Source of the DNA: Octopus vulgaris
Lineage: Eukaryota
DNA: 64,000 nt
Assembly (NCBI GenBank): GCA_951406725.2
Contig: OX597831.1
Span: 44,578,001-44,642,000 of the forward strand
Reading direction: 5' to 3'
Each line of letters begins with the position of its first letter. Position 1 is the first letter of the stretch. A program made the translations under genes and the position numbers. Below are positions 13,627 through 27,094 of the stretch, one piece after another. Under the pieces are notes generated by a model. The model was not told the DNA's origin. It did no database searches and was given only the letters and a program-made list of their open reading frames with translations.

Positions 13627-14491
13627 TATACATATATTTATATGTGTGTGTATATATGTTTGTGTGTCTTTGTTTGTCCCCGCAACATCGCTTGACAACT
13701 GATGCTGGTGTGTTTACATCCCCATAACCTAGCGGGTCGGCAAAAGAGGCTGGTAAAATAAGTACTAGGCTTACAAAGAATAAGTCCTGGGGGCCGATTT
13801 GCTCGACTAAAGGTGGTGCTCCAGCATGGCCACAGTCAAATGACTGAAACAAGTAAAAGAGTTCAGATTTTGCCGAGTTCAACTTTGCCTTTCACCCTTT
13901 CAGAGTCGATAAAATAAATACCTATTTCTTTACTACCCTCAAGGAGCTAAACACAGAGAGGACAAACAAGGACAGACAAACAGATTAAGTCGATTACATC
14001 GACCCCAGTGCGTAACTGGTACTTAATTTATCGACCCCGAAAGGATGAAAGGCAAAGTCGTCCTCGGCGGAATTTGAACTCAGAACACAGCGACGGACGA
14101 AATACCACAAAGCATTTCGCCCGGTGTGCTAACGTCTCTGCCAGCTACACACTGGAGTCGATGAAATTGATTACCCCACTCCCTCCAAATTTTAGGCCTT
14201 GTGCCTATAGTACAAAGGATTATCATTATTATTATTATTGAGTGAGAGAGCTGTGCATTATTTTTATTATTATTATGTATGCTGATGATAATGATGATAA
14301 AAAAAAGGACATACTTCTACCTTGTATATATAAGGCGGTGAACTGCCAGAATCATTAGCATGCTAAGCAAAATGCTTAGTGGCATTTTGTATGTCTCTAC
14401 ATTCTGTGTTCAAATTCTGCCATGATCAGCTTTGCCTTTCATCTTTTACAGATATCTAAAATAATTATTGTTTCTTTGGTTTTTTTTCCAG

Positions 14492-14590
14492 GAATTTCAA
14501 AAATTAGAAGAAGAACGAATTGATATGCAACGTAATCTTTTGTGGGTTGTGTTGAATGCAAGATCTCAAGTTTCAGTTGAAGAAGATAAG
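14492..14590 (+). CDS. PSTPIP-like exon (EFQKLEEERIDMQRNLLWVVLNARSQVSVEEDK)
   Basis: ttttccag acceptor, aag|gtaaga donor, 99 nt; FQ..E..R...RN.LWV..N..S matches PSTPIP1 [24 protein letters not shown], including the W232-equivalent Trp. Confidence 0.93.
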
Positions 14591-16169
14591 GTAAGACAAA
14601 ATATCCATTGTCCTGGGTACTTGACCAACCTGGTAGTCATGTGGCTTCATCCATCACCTTGGCTATTTAGCGTTCGGATTATTCTTTCAAATGCAAAACA
14701 CTTATTCATTCACATTATTTACCCTGGTACTTATTCTATCAGTCTCTTTTGCTGGACTGTCTAAGTTATGGGGATGTAAACACAACACACTCACAAACAC
14801 ACACACAATCACATACCCATGCATACACACATGTACACAATATATACACATGACGAAAGTTCGAGACCACTGGAGATATGCTGTGACTGTGAAAACCTGA
14901 CAAATAAAGTGAGTTCATGGCTCGCAGGACGACCTGCTGTGCTTACCTTGGATCATAGGGTGACCTGTTGTGCTTGAGGAGACCTATTGAGTCAAGTACA
15001 TCAACATCAAAATAAAAATCAAATGGAAATTGTAGTTGTGATACCTGTGCCAGTGGTACGTAAAAAGCACCATCCGAACGTGGCTGGTGGCACATAAAAA
15101 GCACCAACAATTGTGGCCATTGCCAGCCTCCTCTGGCCCCTGTGCTGGTGGCACGTAAAAAGCACCCACTACACTCACAGAGTGGTTGGCGTTAGAAAGG
15201 GCATCCAGCTGTAGAAACACTGGCTGATCAGACTGGAGCCTGGTGCAGCCTCCTGGTTTCCCAGACCCCAGTCGAACCGTCCAACCCATGCTAGCATGGA
15301 AAACAGGCGTTAAACGATGATGATGATGTACACACTGTAGGATGCTGTTGGCTCTCATGAGTTCATCTATCTTTTGCTGAGTTTTGCTCTCCATCCTACA
15401 GGGTATCCAAAATCTCCCTATTCACCTTCCTAAACCCAGCAAGCTTAGTGAAGTTACCATTTAGTCCCTGACAACCCAATCATGCAACAGGTTGTACTAG
15501 GTTACATATGACTGGTTGCACTTGAGAGCACACCTGTTCAGAAATTATTATTGGCATATTATGATTTAATCCTGTAGCATTCAGATTACTTTGTCAAATA
15601 CAAAGGGTAAAGATCCTTCGATCATGAATGACCATGGGATTGCACCTAGAAAGTTACCCTCCGAGGCACAAGTCCAGGCAGAGTTGTTTATTGATGACCA
15701 GCAGTCAGCCATGCATATTAGCCTCCCCTCTCCATGCCACTGACATTATCCAAGAGAAAGGCAAAGTTTGATATAGCTTGGCACCAGTGACATCGCAACT
15801 CATTTCTACAGCTGAGTGAACTGGAGTAATGTGTAATAAAGTATCATATTCAAGAACACAACACGCAGCCCAGTCTGGGATTCGAACTCACAACTTATGA
15901 TTGTGAGCCTGATATTCTAACTACTATAAGCCATGCGCCTTTATAATGCTTGCTTATCCACATTGATTTTAATTAATCAGGTATTATCTGGTATCTTCAA
16001 GATTTCAGTCACATGACTGTTTACTTTTAGAATGACATTGTAGAGTAGGTGTGAAAGGCCAAATCTGACTAGTTTGAACATAAAACAGATGAAATATTTG
16101 AGCTAGATGTGGCCAGTTTAAATGTTAAAGAGTTAATATTTTTTTCTTTCCTCTTTATTTTTGTTATTT

Positions 16170-16240
16170 TCCTACTTATTATTATTATCATCATCATCAT
16201 CATTATCATTATTATTACTATTATTATTATTATTATTATT

Positions 16241-16284
<44 letters not shown>

Positions 16285-16290
16285 TATTTT
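16170..16290. repeat. (ATT)n/(ATC)n trinucleotide microsatellite; GAT-rich degenerate array also at ~1270-1445
   Basis: Direct inspection. Confidence 0.95.
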
Positions 16291-17190
16291 TTTTATCATT
16301 AGTATCTGACTAGAAATTATGTGATAGAGTGACCCATTTTCATCAATTGTCATTTTATCTCTGCTCCTATCTGCTGGTACAGATAGATTGGTCAAGTCCC
16401 TCATGCCGTGTGTACTCTATCAGTCATGTGTTTTAACATTGTACATTCAGCAAAACATACTTGTTTTATTTATTTCGGCAAATCCCTTGCATTCAAAGGC
16501 CACATCTCATTGCTATGCAGCATCACAATTCCATCGCAAACATTATACAATCTGCCTTTCACTCTGTGATTTGATGCACTTTGTTGTTAACAGAGGTAAA
16601 AAATGCTCTTTCCTAAATCATATAGATTCATAGGGCTAGTTTTTGTAGTATATATCATCATCGTAATTTAATGTCTGTTGTCCATGCTGGCATGGGTTTG
16701 ACGGTTTGATCAGAGCTGGCAAGCTAGGGAGCTGCACCAGGCTCCAGTCTCATTTGGCATGGCTTCTACGGCTGGACGCCCTACCTTACACCAACCACTT
16801 TACAGAGTGTGCTGGATACTTTTATGTGGCTCTGCATAGGTGCATTTATGTGATGCCACATGGACAGTTTTACATGGCACCACATGGGCACTTTTATGTG
16901 ACACTGCACAGGTGCTTTTACATGGCACTGCATGGATGCTTTTACATGGCACCACATGAGCATTTTTACATGGCACCACTACAACTGCTTCACACCACCA
17001 GAAGGACCATTCTTAACACTTCTGCAGCAGAGTACAGGTCTTCTTGAGAACAGTAAGGTGTCAGGCATTTCAGTCCTTTGTTATCTCACCTGAAAGGTTC
17101 ACCATCCTGAGGTTGTTCTTCAATACTTCATCCCATGTCTTCCTGGATTTCCCACCTCCATGTGTTCCATCCACTTTGAGAAATCGGCAC

Positions 17191-17228
<38 letters not shown>

Positions 17229-18439
17229 TCTTTTACTTGTTTCAGTCATTTGACTATGGCCATGCTGGAGCACCACCTTTCAGTCGAGCAAATCGGTCCT
17301 CAGGACTTATTCTCTGTAAGCCTAGTACTTATTCTATCGGCCTTTTTTGCCGAACCACTAAGTTACGGGGACGTAAACACACCTGTATCAGTTGTCAAGC
17401 AATGTTGGGGGGACAAGCACAGACACACAAACATATACACACACACATACATACATACATATATATATATATATGCACACGTATATACGACGGGCTTCTT
17501 TCAGTTTCTGTCTACCAAATCCACTCACAAGGCTTTGGTTGGCCCGAAGCTATAGTAGAAGACACTTGCCCAAGGTGCCATGCAATGGGACTGAACCCGA
17601 AACCATATAGTTCATAAGCAAGCTACTTACCACACAGCCACTCCTACACCTAGAAGCTACTTACCTCCCCACTGGACGGGAATCTGATCTGTCACAGGAT
17701 TACTAATTTTTACCAGCTGAATGGATTGGAGCATTGTGAAATGAAGTGTTTTGCTCAAGAACACAACACATTGCTTGAGCCATGAATCGAAACCGCAATC
17801 TTACAATCATGGGTTCAACACCTTAATCACTACGCCATGCATCTCCACAGAGGTAATAAATAGCTCTCTGAAAACTTCTTTTTTTTCTAACCCATTCTTA
17901 CTCTATTATTTCCGAACACCCGATCCCATTACTAATTAGATCATCTACATAACAAAAGCTACCAACTACTTCTAGAGAGCCTGCCAAACGTTTGAGAGTG
18001 TTTATTTCCCGTGAGCTCTTAATGCTTATTGTCTCTTTGCACCTGCTGTGTATGAAGTGAACCTTTTCTATTAGCCTACCTGTAATCCCACTATACCTCT
18101 TATGTTTCCCTAGATATACTGTATAGATTTCCTCTCCATTGAATATTGGGCATTGATGTTTTTTATGTTGGTGGTAGGTGTGGCTGCATGGTTAAGAAGT
18201 TGGCGTCCCAACGACCTGGCTTTTAGGTTCAGTTCCACTGCATGACACCTTGGGCAAGTGTCTTCTATGGAAACCTTGTGAAAGGATTTGGGAGATGGAA
18301 AGTGAAAGAAACTTGTTTGTGTATATGTAAATGTATGTATGTGTATGTGTGTGTCTCTATGTATGTATGTATGTATATATATATATATATATATATATCT
18401 ATGAAGAGAGAGAGATGGAAAGATATAGTTAGATGTGTT

Positions 18440-18491
<52 letters not shown>

Positions 18492-18874
18492 TACACACTA
18501 CATATACAGTAGGTGCAGGGCATGGCTCTGTGATCAGAAGCTTGCTTCACAACTACATGGTTTCAAGTTCAGTCCCACTGCATGGCACCTTGAGCAGGTG
18601 TCTTCTACTATAACCTTGGGCCAACCATAGCCTTGTGAGTGGTTTTGGTAGACAGAAACTGAAAGAAGCCTGTCGTATATATATGTATATATATATCTGG
18701 GTGTGTTTACATCCCCATAACTTAGCCATTTGACCAAAGAGACTGATAGAATAAGTTTTGGAGTTGATTTGTTCAATTAAGACCCTTCAAGGTGGTACTC
18801 CAGCATGGGCGCAGTCAGATGACTGAAACAAGTAAAAGACAAAATATATATATATAAACATGTATGTGTGTGTG

Positions 18875-18912
<38 letters not shown>

Positions 18913-21900
18913 GTGAGAGAGAGATGTGTGAGTTTACTCTTTTACTGTTTTTACTTATTTCAGTCATTTGACTGTGGCCATGCTGGAGCACTGCCTTTAG
19001 TCAAGCAAATCGACCCCAGGACTTATTCTTTGTAAGCCTAGTACTTATTCTATCAGTGTCTTTTGCCGAACCGCTAAGTTATGGGGAATTAAACACACCA
19101 GCATCAATTGTCAAGCGATGTTGGGTGGACAAACACAGACACACAAACATATACACACATGTACACACACACATATATATATATACATATATACGATGGG
19201 CTTCTTTCAGTTTCTGTCTACCAAATCCACTCGCAAGGCTTTGGTCGGCCCGAAGCTATAGTAGAAAACACTTGCCCAAGGTGCCACACAGTGAGACTGA
19301 ACCCAGAACCATATGATTGGTAAGCAAGCTACTTACCACACAGCCACTCCTACGCCTATTTACATTTGTATTTCTTTGTCTAGAAAATGTGTGACTGTTG
19401 TAAGGGAATGTCATTCATTTCCAATATTCTGTAAAAACATGTCTGGTCATGGAGGAACATTACCTTGCTTGGAAACAGGTGAGGGTTGTTGACAGGAAGG
19501 GTATCTGGCCATAGAAAATCTATCTCAATAAACTCCATCTAACCCATGCAAGCATGGAAAAGTGGACATTAAAATGGTGGTTGTAGTGTAGCAGGGTTTG
19601 TTAATTGGTTATGCTCAGAAATAAGCATTTCTGCCAGCTTTCTTTGCAGTATTTCATCTGTCATTATGTTCTGAGTTCAAACTCCACTGGTCGTTCTTTT
19701 AAGGTCAGTAAAATGAGTTGGAGCAGATGGTCAATGTAAGTGACTTAGCTACTCCTGGATAAGAGTATAAAAAATGCCCAACACTGCCAAGCCATGTTGA
19801 GCCAGTGTGGTATAGTAGGTTCATCAAAGCAATATGATTTCAAGCTGAGATTCATGGCCTCCACATCAGACCATGGTTGGCGGAGAGAACAAGCTGAGGT
19901 CTTCGTCTTCCAGTAGACTAAACATAGGCAATCCAGTCCAATTATCATCACCGTCATCATTTAGCGTCCTCCTTCCATGCTGGCAAGGGTTGGATGGTTT
20001 ACCAGGAGCTGTCCCAGCAGAAGAGTGCACCAGACTTCTATGTCTGTTTTGGCATGGTTTTTACGGCTGGGTGCCCTCAGCAGAGTAGGCTGAGTGCTTT
20101 TTACATGGCACCAGCATGGGTGAGGTCAGTTTCGGCATGGTTTTTACTGCTGGATGCCCTTCCAAATGCCAACCACTTTACAGTGTAGACTGGATGCTTT
20201 TCATGTGGATCCAAAAAGAAATAATAAACAATGCCTTTCCAGGGAACCCCCACAGTAGTTGGAAGTGGCAGGATATAAATAACTTAGTGAGGTTAGTGTA
20301 TATTTAAAGTTCAGTTTTAACTGTTGCAACAGGAATGTTTTATACAGAGTATTAGGTGACAGAGTGAAAGTGATCTTGAAGAGCTTCTACAAGGAAGGCT
20401 GGAAATTAATTGTAAACAAAAGGAAAACCAAAGCAAACAAGGACAGGTTTTTTCTTCTTTTTTGCTATAGTTTGCTTTTGTTTACACTTTCTTTCTAAAC
20501 TTGCACTGTAGAGGCTGCCTTAAATGATGTTTATCTTTTACTTGTTTCAGTCATTTAGACTGTGGCCAAGCTGGGGCAGTTACAAGCATGTAAATATACC
20601 AACATTGGTTGTCAAAGATTGGTGATACACACACACACATACACACACAGGTTCTTTATCAGTTTCCGTCTACCAAATCTACTCACAAAGCTTTGGTTGG
20701 CCCAAGGCTATAGTAGAAGACATTTACCCAAGGTGTCATGCATGTGGTTGTGAAGCAAGCTTCTTATTTCTTTATTGCCCACAAGGGGCTAAACATAGAG
20801 GGGACAAACAAGGACAAACGGATTAAGTCAATTACATTGACCCCAGTGCATAAGTGGTACTTATTTAATTGACCCTGAAAGGATGAAAGGAAAAAGGTGA
20901 CCTCAGCAGAATTTGAACTCAGAACGTAGCAGCAGACGAAATATCACTAAGTATTTCACCCAGTGTGCTAACGTTTCTGCCAGCTCGCAGCCACACAAGC
21001 TTCTTACCACTCAATATATTTTCTGTATGAGTGCAAACATGGCTGTGTGGTTAAGAAGCTTGTTTCTCAACCTTGTGATCTCAAGTCCAGCCTTACTGTA
21101 GGGCAATTTGGAAAAGTCTTCTACTATGTTTCATCTTGGTATAAAAGATGGGCTACAGCAAATATTCTGTTCAATACTACAGATTTGCTTGTCAGTTGTT
21201 TGACCATAACCAGTTGAGCATGTCCCTTAACCCATATATGCCCATAAAAAAATGAAGTCTTAAAACTTCACTGTATTTAGCTTAAACGTTATGGTAAGCT
21301 TTCACAATCTGAAAGACAAGGACAATATGCAACTGTTAGCTATGGATGTTGTCTACCAGCTGAACATTTCATATGCTTGGTCAGATGCTTCCCGATGAGT
21401 TCATGTCCAAACAAGTAGGTGTATACCAGGGGTATACAAAGGTTAGTGGCTGATGATAGGTGCATCTCTCGTTATGAGCAGGAATAGTGGGGGTGCATCA
21501 TAGCCATGTGCTGAGAGGAAATCTTTGGGGTTTGAATAATTCACCTCTGAAAACATGGGTGTTTCATTCAATATCCTTAAACAACAATTATTCAAGGACC
21601 TTTTGAGCAGAATGGGCTACTCAACCTGAAGAAAATTGTAACGGCCCCACCTGCAAGGTCATCCACTGCTTATCTTGATATGAGATGACCATGTTGCATA
21701 TATATGGTTGTGATGCATGTACCTGGTGTACCCTAATCAGATGGGTAGTCATGAGCGTATTGGGCTTCGTATGTTTATGGCATGCATTGCTCTCTCACTC
21801 AATAATAATAATAATAATAATAATAATCATCATCATCATCATTTAGCGTCTGCCTTCCATGCTAGCATGGGTTGGACGGTTCAACTGGGGTCTGGGAAGC

Positions 21901-21915
21901 CAGTTGAACCGTCCA

Positions 21916-21947
<32 letters not shown>

Positions 21948-22319
21948 GTCAAAATTAAAAGAGTGCCATTGTTATCCAGTTTTTGATATTTTGACATCTT
22001 GTGTGTCTTCAACTGGTTTCAAAAACTAAATTTGTCAAGCTACTTCATTTTGGTTAATATAGAAAGGATTGATGTAACTCAATATCTTCAGAATAGTGAA
22101 GTATAAATCAAGACACAACAATGATGGCCAATATCTACACTGGTTAATGTGTTGACATTTTAAAATCCAAACTATTGACTAATGGTATAAGCACCACTCC
22201 AAAGCTTCACCTAGGGAGAAAATGTAATGGTGTTTATAATTGTTTACTGTCTTAAAATGTTACTTTACTTTTCAATGTTTTTTTTAATTATATTTTTTTT
22301 TTTTGTTTTTGTTTTCCAG

Positions 22320-22416
22320 TGTTATGAAAATGTTCGTAAAACATTGGAACAGTGTGATATTCAGCGAGATATAATAGATTTCATCTCTAATCATCAAACA
22401 GGAAGTACACGGCCTG
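22320..22416 (+). CDS. PSTPIP-like exon (CYENVRKTLEQCDIQRDIIDFISNHQTGSTRP)
   Basis: ttttccag acceptor, g|gtaggg donor, 97 nt, phase 0/1; matches [31 protein letters not shown] at the end of the F-BAR domain. Confidence 0.93.
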
Positions 22417-24495
22417 GTAGGGTGTTTCATTACCTTCTGTATCATCTGATAGCATTATATTGATGGTGGCTAGTGAAGTGCGTGTGTGTGTGTGTATGAG
22501 TAGAAATCAGTATGTGTGTGTGTGAAAGAGAGAGAAAGAGAATATACATTTGTTTTATGGTTTTATGTATGTATGCCTATATATGAGGTGGGGTGGGGAT
22601 GAGACAGAGAGAGAGAGAAAGTGAAAGTAAATATTCATCTATTTATGTATACCTGTGTATGAATATATATCTGCAGTGAAGGTGAAATGGCCCAGTGGTT
22701 AGGGCAGCAGACTTGCAGTTTCAGGATCGCAGTTTCGATTCCCAGACCGGGTGTTGTGAGTGTTTATTGAGCGAAAGCATCCAAAGCTCCACTAGGCTCT
22801 GGCAGGGGTAGTGGTGAACCCTGCTGTACTCTTTCACCACAACTTTCTCTCATTCTTTCTTCCTGTTTCTGTTGTACTGTTTCAAAGGGCCAGCCTTGTC
22901 ACACTCTGTGTCACGCTGAATATCCCCGAGAACTGCATTAAGGGTGCATGTGTCTGTGGAGTGCTCAGCCACTTGCACGTTAATTTCACAAGCAGGCTGT
23001 TCCGTTGATTGGACCAACTGGAACCCTCGTCGTGGTAACCGACAGAGTGCCACGATATGTCTGCAAATGTTTAAGTAGACATCTGTGTTTGTTGGTGTGT
23101 GTGTGTGAGTATATGTATGTGTGTTGGTGGTGAGAAAGAGAAAAAGTGTGTGTGTGAGTGTATGTCTGTAGGTATTTGTGTATAAGTATGTCTGTATGTA
23201 AATGTGTGTGTGTGTTGAGTTTAAGCTCTGTATTTATATGTATGTGAGTATACATCTGTGTGTTTGTAAGTATATGTATATATTTGTATATCTGTAACTA
23301 TGTGTTTGTGATGTATGTATATGAGTTTGTGTATGCATGTGTATGAATGAAAATTTACATGTGTGTATGAGTAAGCATTTGTTTCTGTTGTTAAAAGAAA
23401 TCATTATTATTATCATCATCATCATCATCATCATTAGAATCATTAGCACACTGGGCAAAATGCTTAGTGGCATTTCGTCTGTCTTTACATTCTGAGTTCA
23501 AATTCTGTTGAGGTTGACTTTGCCTTTCATTCTTTTGGGGTCAATAAGATAAGCACCACTTGAGTTACTGGGGTCGATGTAATCGATTATCCCCTCCCCT
23601 AAACTTCAGGTATTGTAGCTATAGTAGAAAGGATTATTATTATTATTATCATTATCATTATTATTTAGATGGTGATCTGGCAGAACTGTTAGCACGTTGT
23701 ACAAAATGCTTAATGGCATTTCCTCCACCCTTATGTTCTGAGTTCAAATTCTGCCGAGGTTGACTTGGCCTTTCATCTTTTCGGGTTTGATAAATTAAGT
23801 ACCAGTGAAATACTGGGGTCGATGTAATCAACTAGTCCCATCCCCCAAAATTTCAGGCCTTGTGCCTTTATTATTATTATTATTATTATTAAAAAGCTGT
23901 GAGCTGGTAGAATCATTAGCATGCCGGACAAAATGCTTAGCTGTATTTTATCCATCTTTACATACTGAGCAAGTTCCCCTGATGTCATCTTTGCTACACA
24001 CACACACACACACATAAAGGGAATCCACACAGTTTCCTATTTCTTTATTGCCCACAAGAAGCTAAACATAGAGGGGACAAACAAGGACAGACAAACGGAT
24101 TAAGTCGATTACATCGACCCCAGTGCGTAACTGGTACTTAATTTATCGACCCCAAAAGGATGAAAGGCAAAGTCGACCTCAACGGAATTTGAACTCAGAA
24201 TGTAACGGCAGACGAAATACCGCTAAGCATTTCGCCCAGCTCACCGCCTTTGTGGGAATCTGTGTGGGAATCCACACTGTTTCCATCTACCAAATTCCCT
24301 CACAAGGGGCATTGGTCAGCTTGGAGTTATTGTAGAAAACACTTACCCAAAGTGCCCTGCAATAGGACTGAACACAAAGCAACATGATTGCAAAGGAAAC
24401 CTCTTGACCACACAGCCATTCTTGCAGTTATGCATGTTCTCAAAACATGTTTGTTTGTTTGTTCATTTCTTTTCTTTTCTTTTTTTTTTCTTCAG

Positions 24496-24627
24496 CTTAT
24501 TTAAAATACCACAATCTTGATGAAACAAGGAAGGAAATACAAGTTTCACATGCTCAAGAGTCCCTTTCAGATGGAGATTACTGTTCAATTCAGTTCCCAA
24601 ACTCTAAAAAATTCAACTTGGATTTAG
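24496..24627 (+). CDS. PSTPIP-like exon (AYLKYHNLDETRKEIQVSHAQESLSDGDYCSIQFPNSKKFNLDL)
   Basis: Long poly-T + cag acceptor, ag|gtaagt donor, 132 nt, phase 1/1; A...Y.N continues the post-F-BAR motif. Confidence 0.85.
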
Positions 24628-24810
24628 GTAAGTGGAGTTATTCGTTAGGTCTAGTCATTACTATCTTCATAACGACCATTGTTGTTGTTGTCATCGTCAT
24701 CATCGTCTAAATAGGCAGGAATACAAATGTAATAAATTATATTTTAGTTTTATAGAGATGTACTTGCATAGTAAGTGACCTGATCTGAGATCGTGTGCTT
24801 GAACGAAAAC

Positions 24811-25094
24811 AATTGCTGCATGGAAGGTGTTTATAAGCCATTTAAGAAACACACAAAAACCATTAGATTCACTTCAACATTTAAATTCAATTTGCCAAAA
24901 TATTTTCGTCGCTTTCAGATCACAACCTGTTCACTGACAAAATTCTGACAAAAAGCACAGAATTTTGTCAGTGAACAGGTCGCGGTCTCAAAGCGACGAA
25001 AATATTTTGGCGAATTAAATTTAAAAGTTGAAGTGAATCTAATTGATTTTGTGTGTTTCTTAAATGGCTTATAAACACCTTCCACACTGCAATT
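24811..25094. repeat. Long palindrome with ~137-bp arms and a 10-nt loop
   Basis: 24811-24947 is a near-perfect reverse complement of 24958-25094. Confidence 0.92.
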
Positions 25095-25317
25095 ATATTT
25101 AGTTTTGATATCATGAAATACTGTATCATCATCATCATCATCACCATCATCATCATTTAACGTCTGTTTTCCATGCTGGCATTGGTTGGACAGCTTGACA
25201 GGAACTGGCAAGACCAGTAGGCCACACCAGGTTCCATAGTCTGTTTTGGCTTGGTTACTACAGCTAGATGCCCTTCCTTGTGCTAACCACTTTACAGAGT
25301 GTACTGGGTGCTTTATA

Positions 25318-25472
25318 TGTTAGTTAGTTAATTAATTTTTGGGGGCTCAAAAAGCAAAAAGCAAGGCCATGTAGGGGGACATGGAGTTATGTACAGGGTG
25401 ATGTTCATGTAAAGAGATCAGGCCACTTGTGGTCAAGGGAGACTTTGAACCGAGCGGTCGTCAGCATCACTA
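25318..25472 (-). mobile_element. Short 3' fragment of the same CR1 family as 60515-60952
   Basis: Reverse complement matches ~60800-60945 (ccgctcggttcaaagtctc...ccccctacatggccttgctttttgc). Confidence 0.85.
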
Positions 25473-26004
25473 CCAGTGCTCTTTATGTGGCACCAGCATG
25501 TATGTTGTGTCATTATATTTTCATTTTATTAAGGCAGCAAGCTGGCAGAAACATTAGCACAGCAGGAGAAATGCTTAGCAGTATTTCGTCTGTCTTTACA
25601 TTCTGAGTTCAAATTCCACCGAGGTTGACTTTGCTTTTCATCCTTCTGGGGTCAATAAATTAAGTACCAGTTGCATACTGGGGTCGATCTAATTGACTGG
25701 CCTCCTCCCCAAAAATTTTGGGCCTTGTGCCTTTCATTTTATCATCATATAAAGGCAGTGATCTAGTGGAATCATTAGCATACTGGACAAACTGTTTGGC
25801 TGCATTTCTTCCAGCTTTACATCCTAAGTTCAAAGTCCGTCCAGGTCAGCTTTGGCTTTCCTACTTCCAGAGCCAATAAAATTGGAACCAATCAGGCACT
25901 GCAGTCTCAACATAATCAACTAACCCCGGCCGCCAACATTTTGGGCCTTGTGCCTTTAGTAGAAAGAAATGTTTTTTCATAATACATTTGAGAATCCTCT
26001 AAAA

Positions 26005-26299
26005 CAGTGGTTCTCAAAGTGGGCAGCACAGCCCCCACACCTAGAGAGGGGAAGATCCAGGGGTGGTGTTGAAGAAAAATGGGGCGATAATGGGGTAACC
26101 AAAACAGGGCAATGGATGTAAAAAATAAAAAAAAAATAAAGGGTTAATTAAGTTAAGATTTATTTGTGGAATACTGTTGTTTTGAACCTTCTACAGAAAA
26201 TGGCCCATGTCTGTAATGGCAAGTGGCGGGGGGGGGGGAGCTAGGAATGTGGCCTTAGAACCAAGGGGGCAGCAGCCTGAAAATGTTTGGGAACCACTT
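26005..26299. mobile_element. hAT (Charlie-like) MITE
   Basis: cagtggttctcaaa...tttgggaaccactt; degenerate 8-bp TSD ctctaaaa/ctctgaag. Confidence 0.7.
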
Positions 26300-26545
26300 C
26301 TCTGAAGCAATGCCTCTTTTCCATGCTCCAGTATGCTGAAATGATGTATTTCATTATATATGTAGGTACAGACATAACTTGGTGATTATGAAACTTGCTT
26401 AGGAACCATGTGGCCTTAGATTCAGTCCTACTGCATAGTATGTTGGGCAAGTGTCTTCTGCTATAGCCCCTAGTTAACTAAAACCTCGTGAGTAGATTTA
26501 GTAGATGGAAACTGAAAGAAGCTGACTGTACATATGCATCTCTAC

Positions 26546-27094
26546 CAGTCGATCTCAACCATTTCTTGTCTAGGGACCCTTTAGATTCATATTCTACTCT
26601 ACTGGACCTCCATAGCCATTCAAAATATAATAAAAAACAAATTCCTACTGCATTTTTATAATTGTGGAGGCACAATGGCCTAGTGGTTAGGGCAGTAGAC
26701 TCACGGTTTCGATTCCCAGACCTGGGCGTTGTGTATGTTTATTGAGTGAAAACACCTAAAAGCTCCACGAGACTCCAGCAGGGAGGTGGCAACCCCTGTT
26801 GTACTCTTTCGCCCCAACTTTCTCTCACTCTCTCTTCCTGTTTCTTGAGTAATGCTGCGATGGACTGGTGTCCTGTCCAGCTAGCGAGGAACCCATACGC
26901 CACGGAAACCAGGCCCATGAGCCTGGCTAGGCTTGAAAAGGGTGCATAAAAAAAATTTAAAAATTTTTATAATTAAATATTATTAAAAACTGTATAAAAA
27001 AATTATATTTTTTTGTATTGTAGAACTATAAGCAATTCATTGCCCATAAATTTTAACACCAAAATTTCATATGGACCCCAGTTAAGAACCATTG
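26546..27094. mobile_element. hAT MITE with a nested SINE (~26667-26950)
   Basis: cagtcgatctcaac...gttaagaaccattg; 8-bp TSD atctctac/atctatac. Confidence 0.7.
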
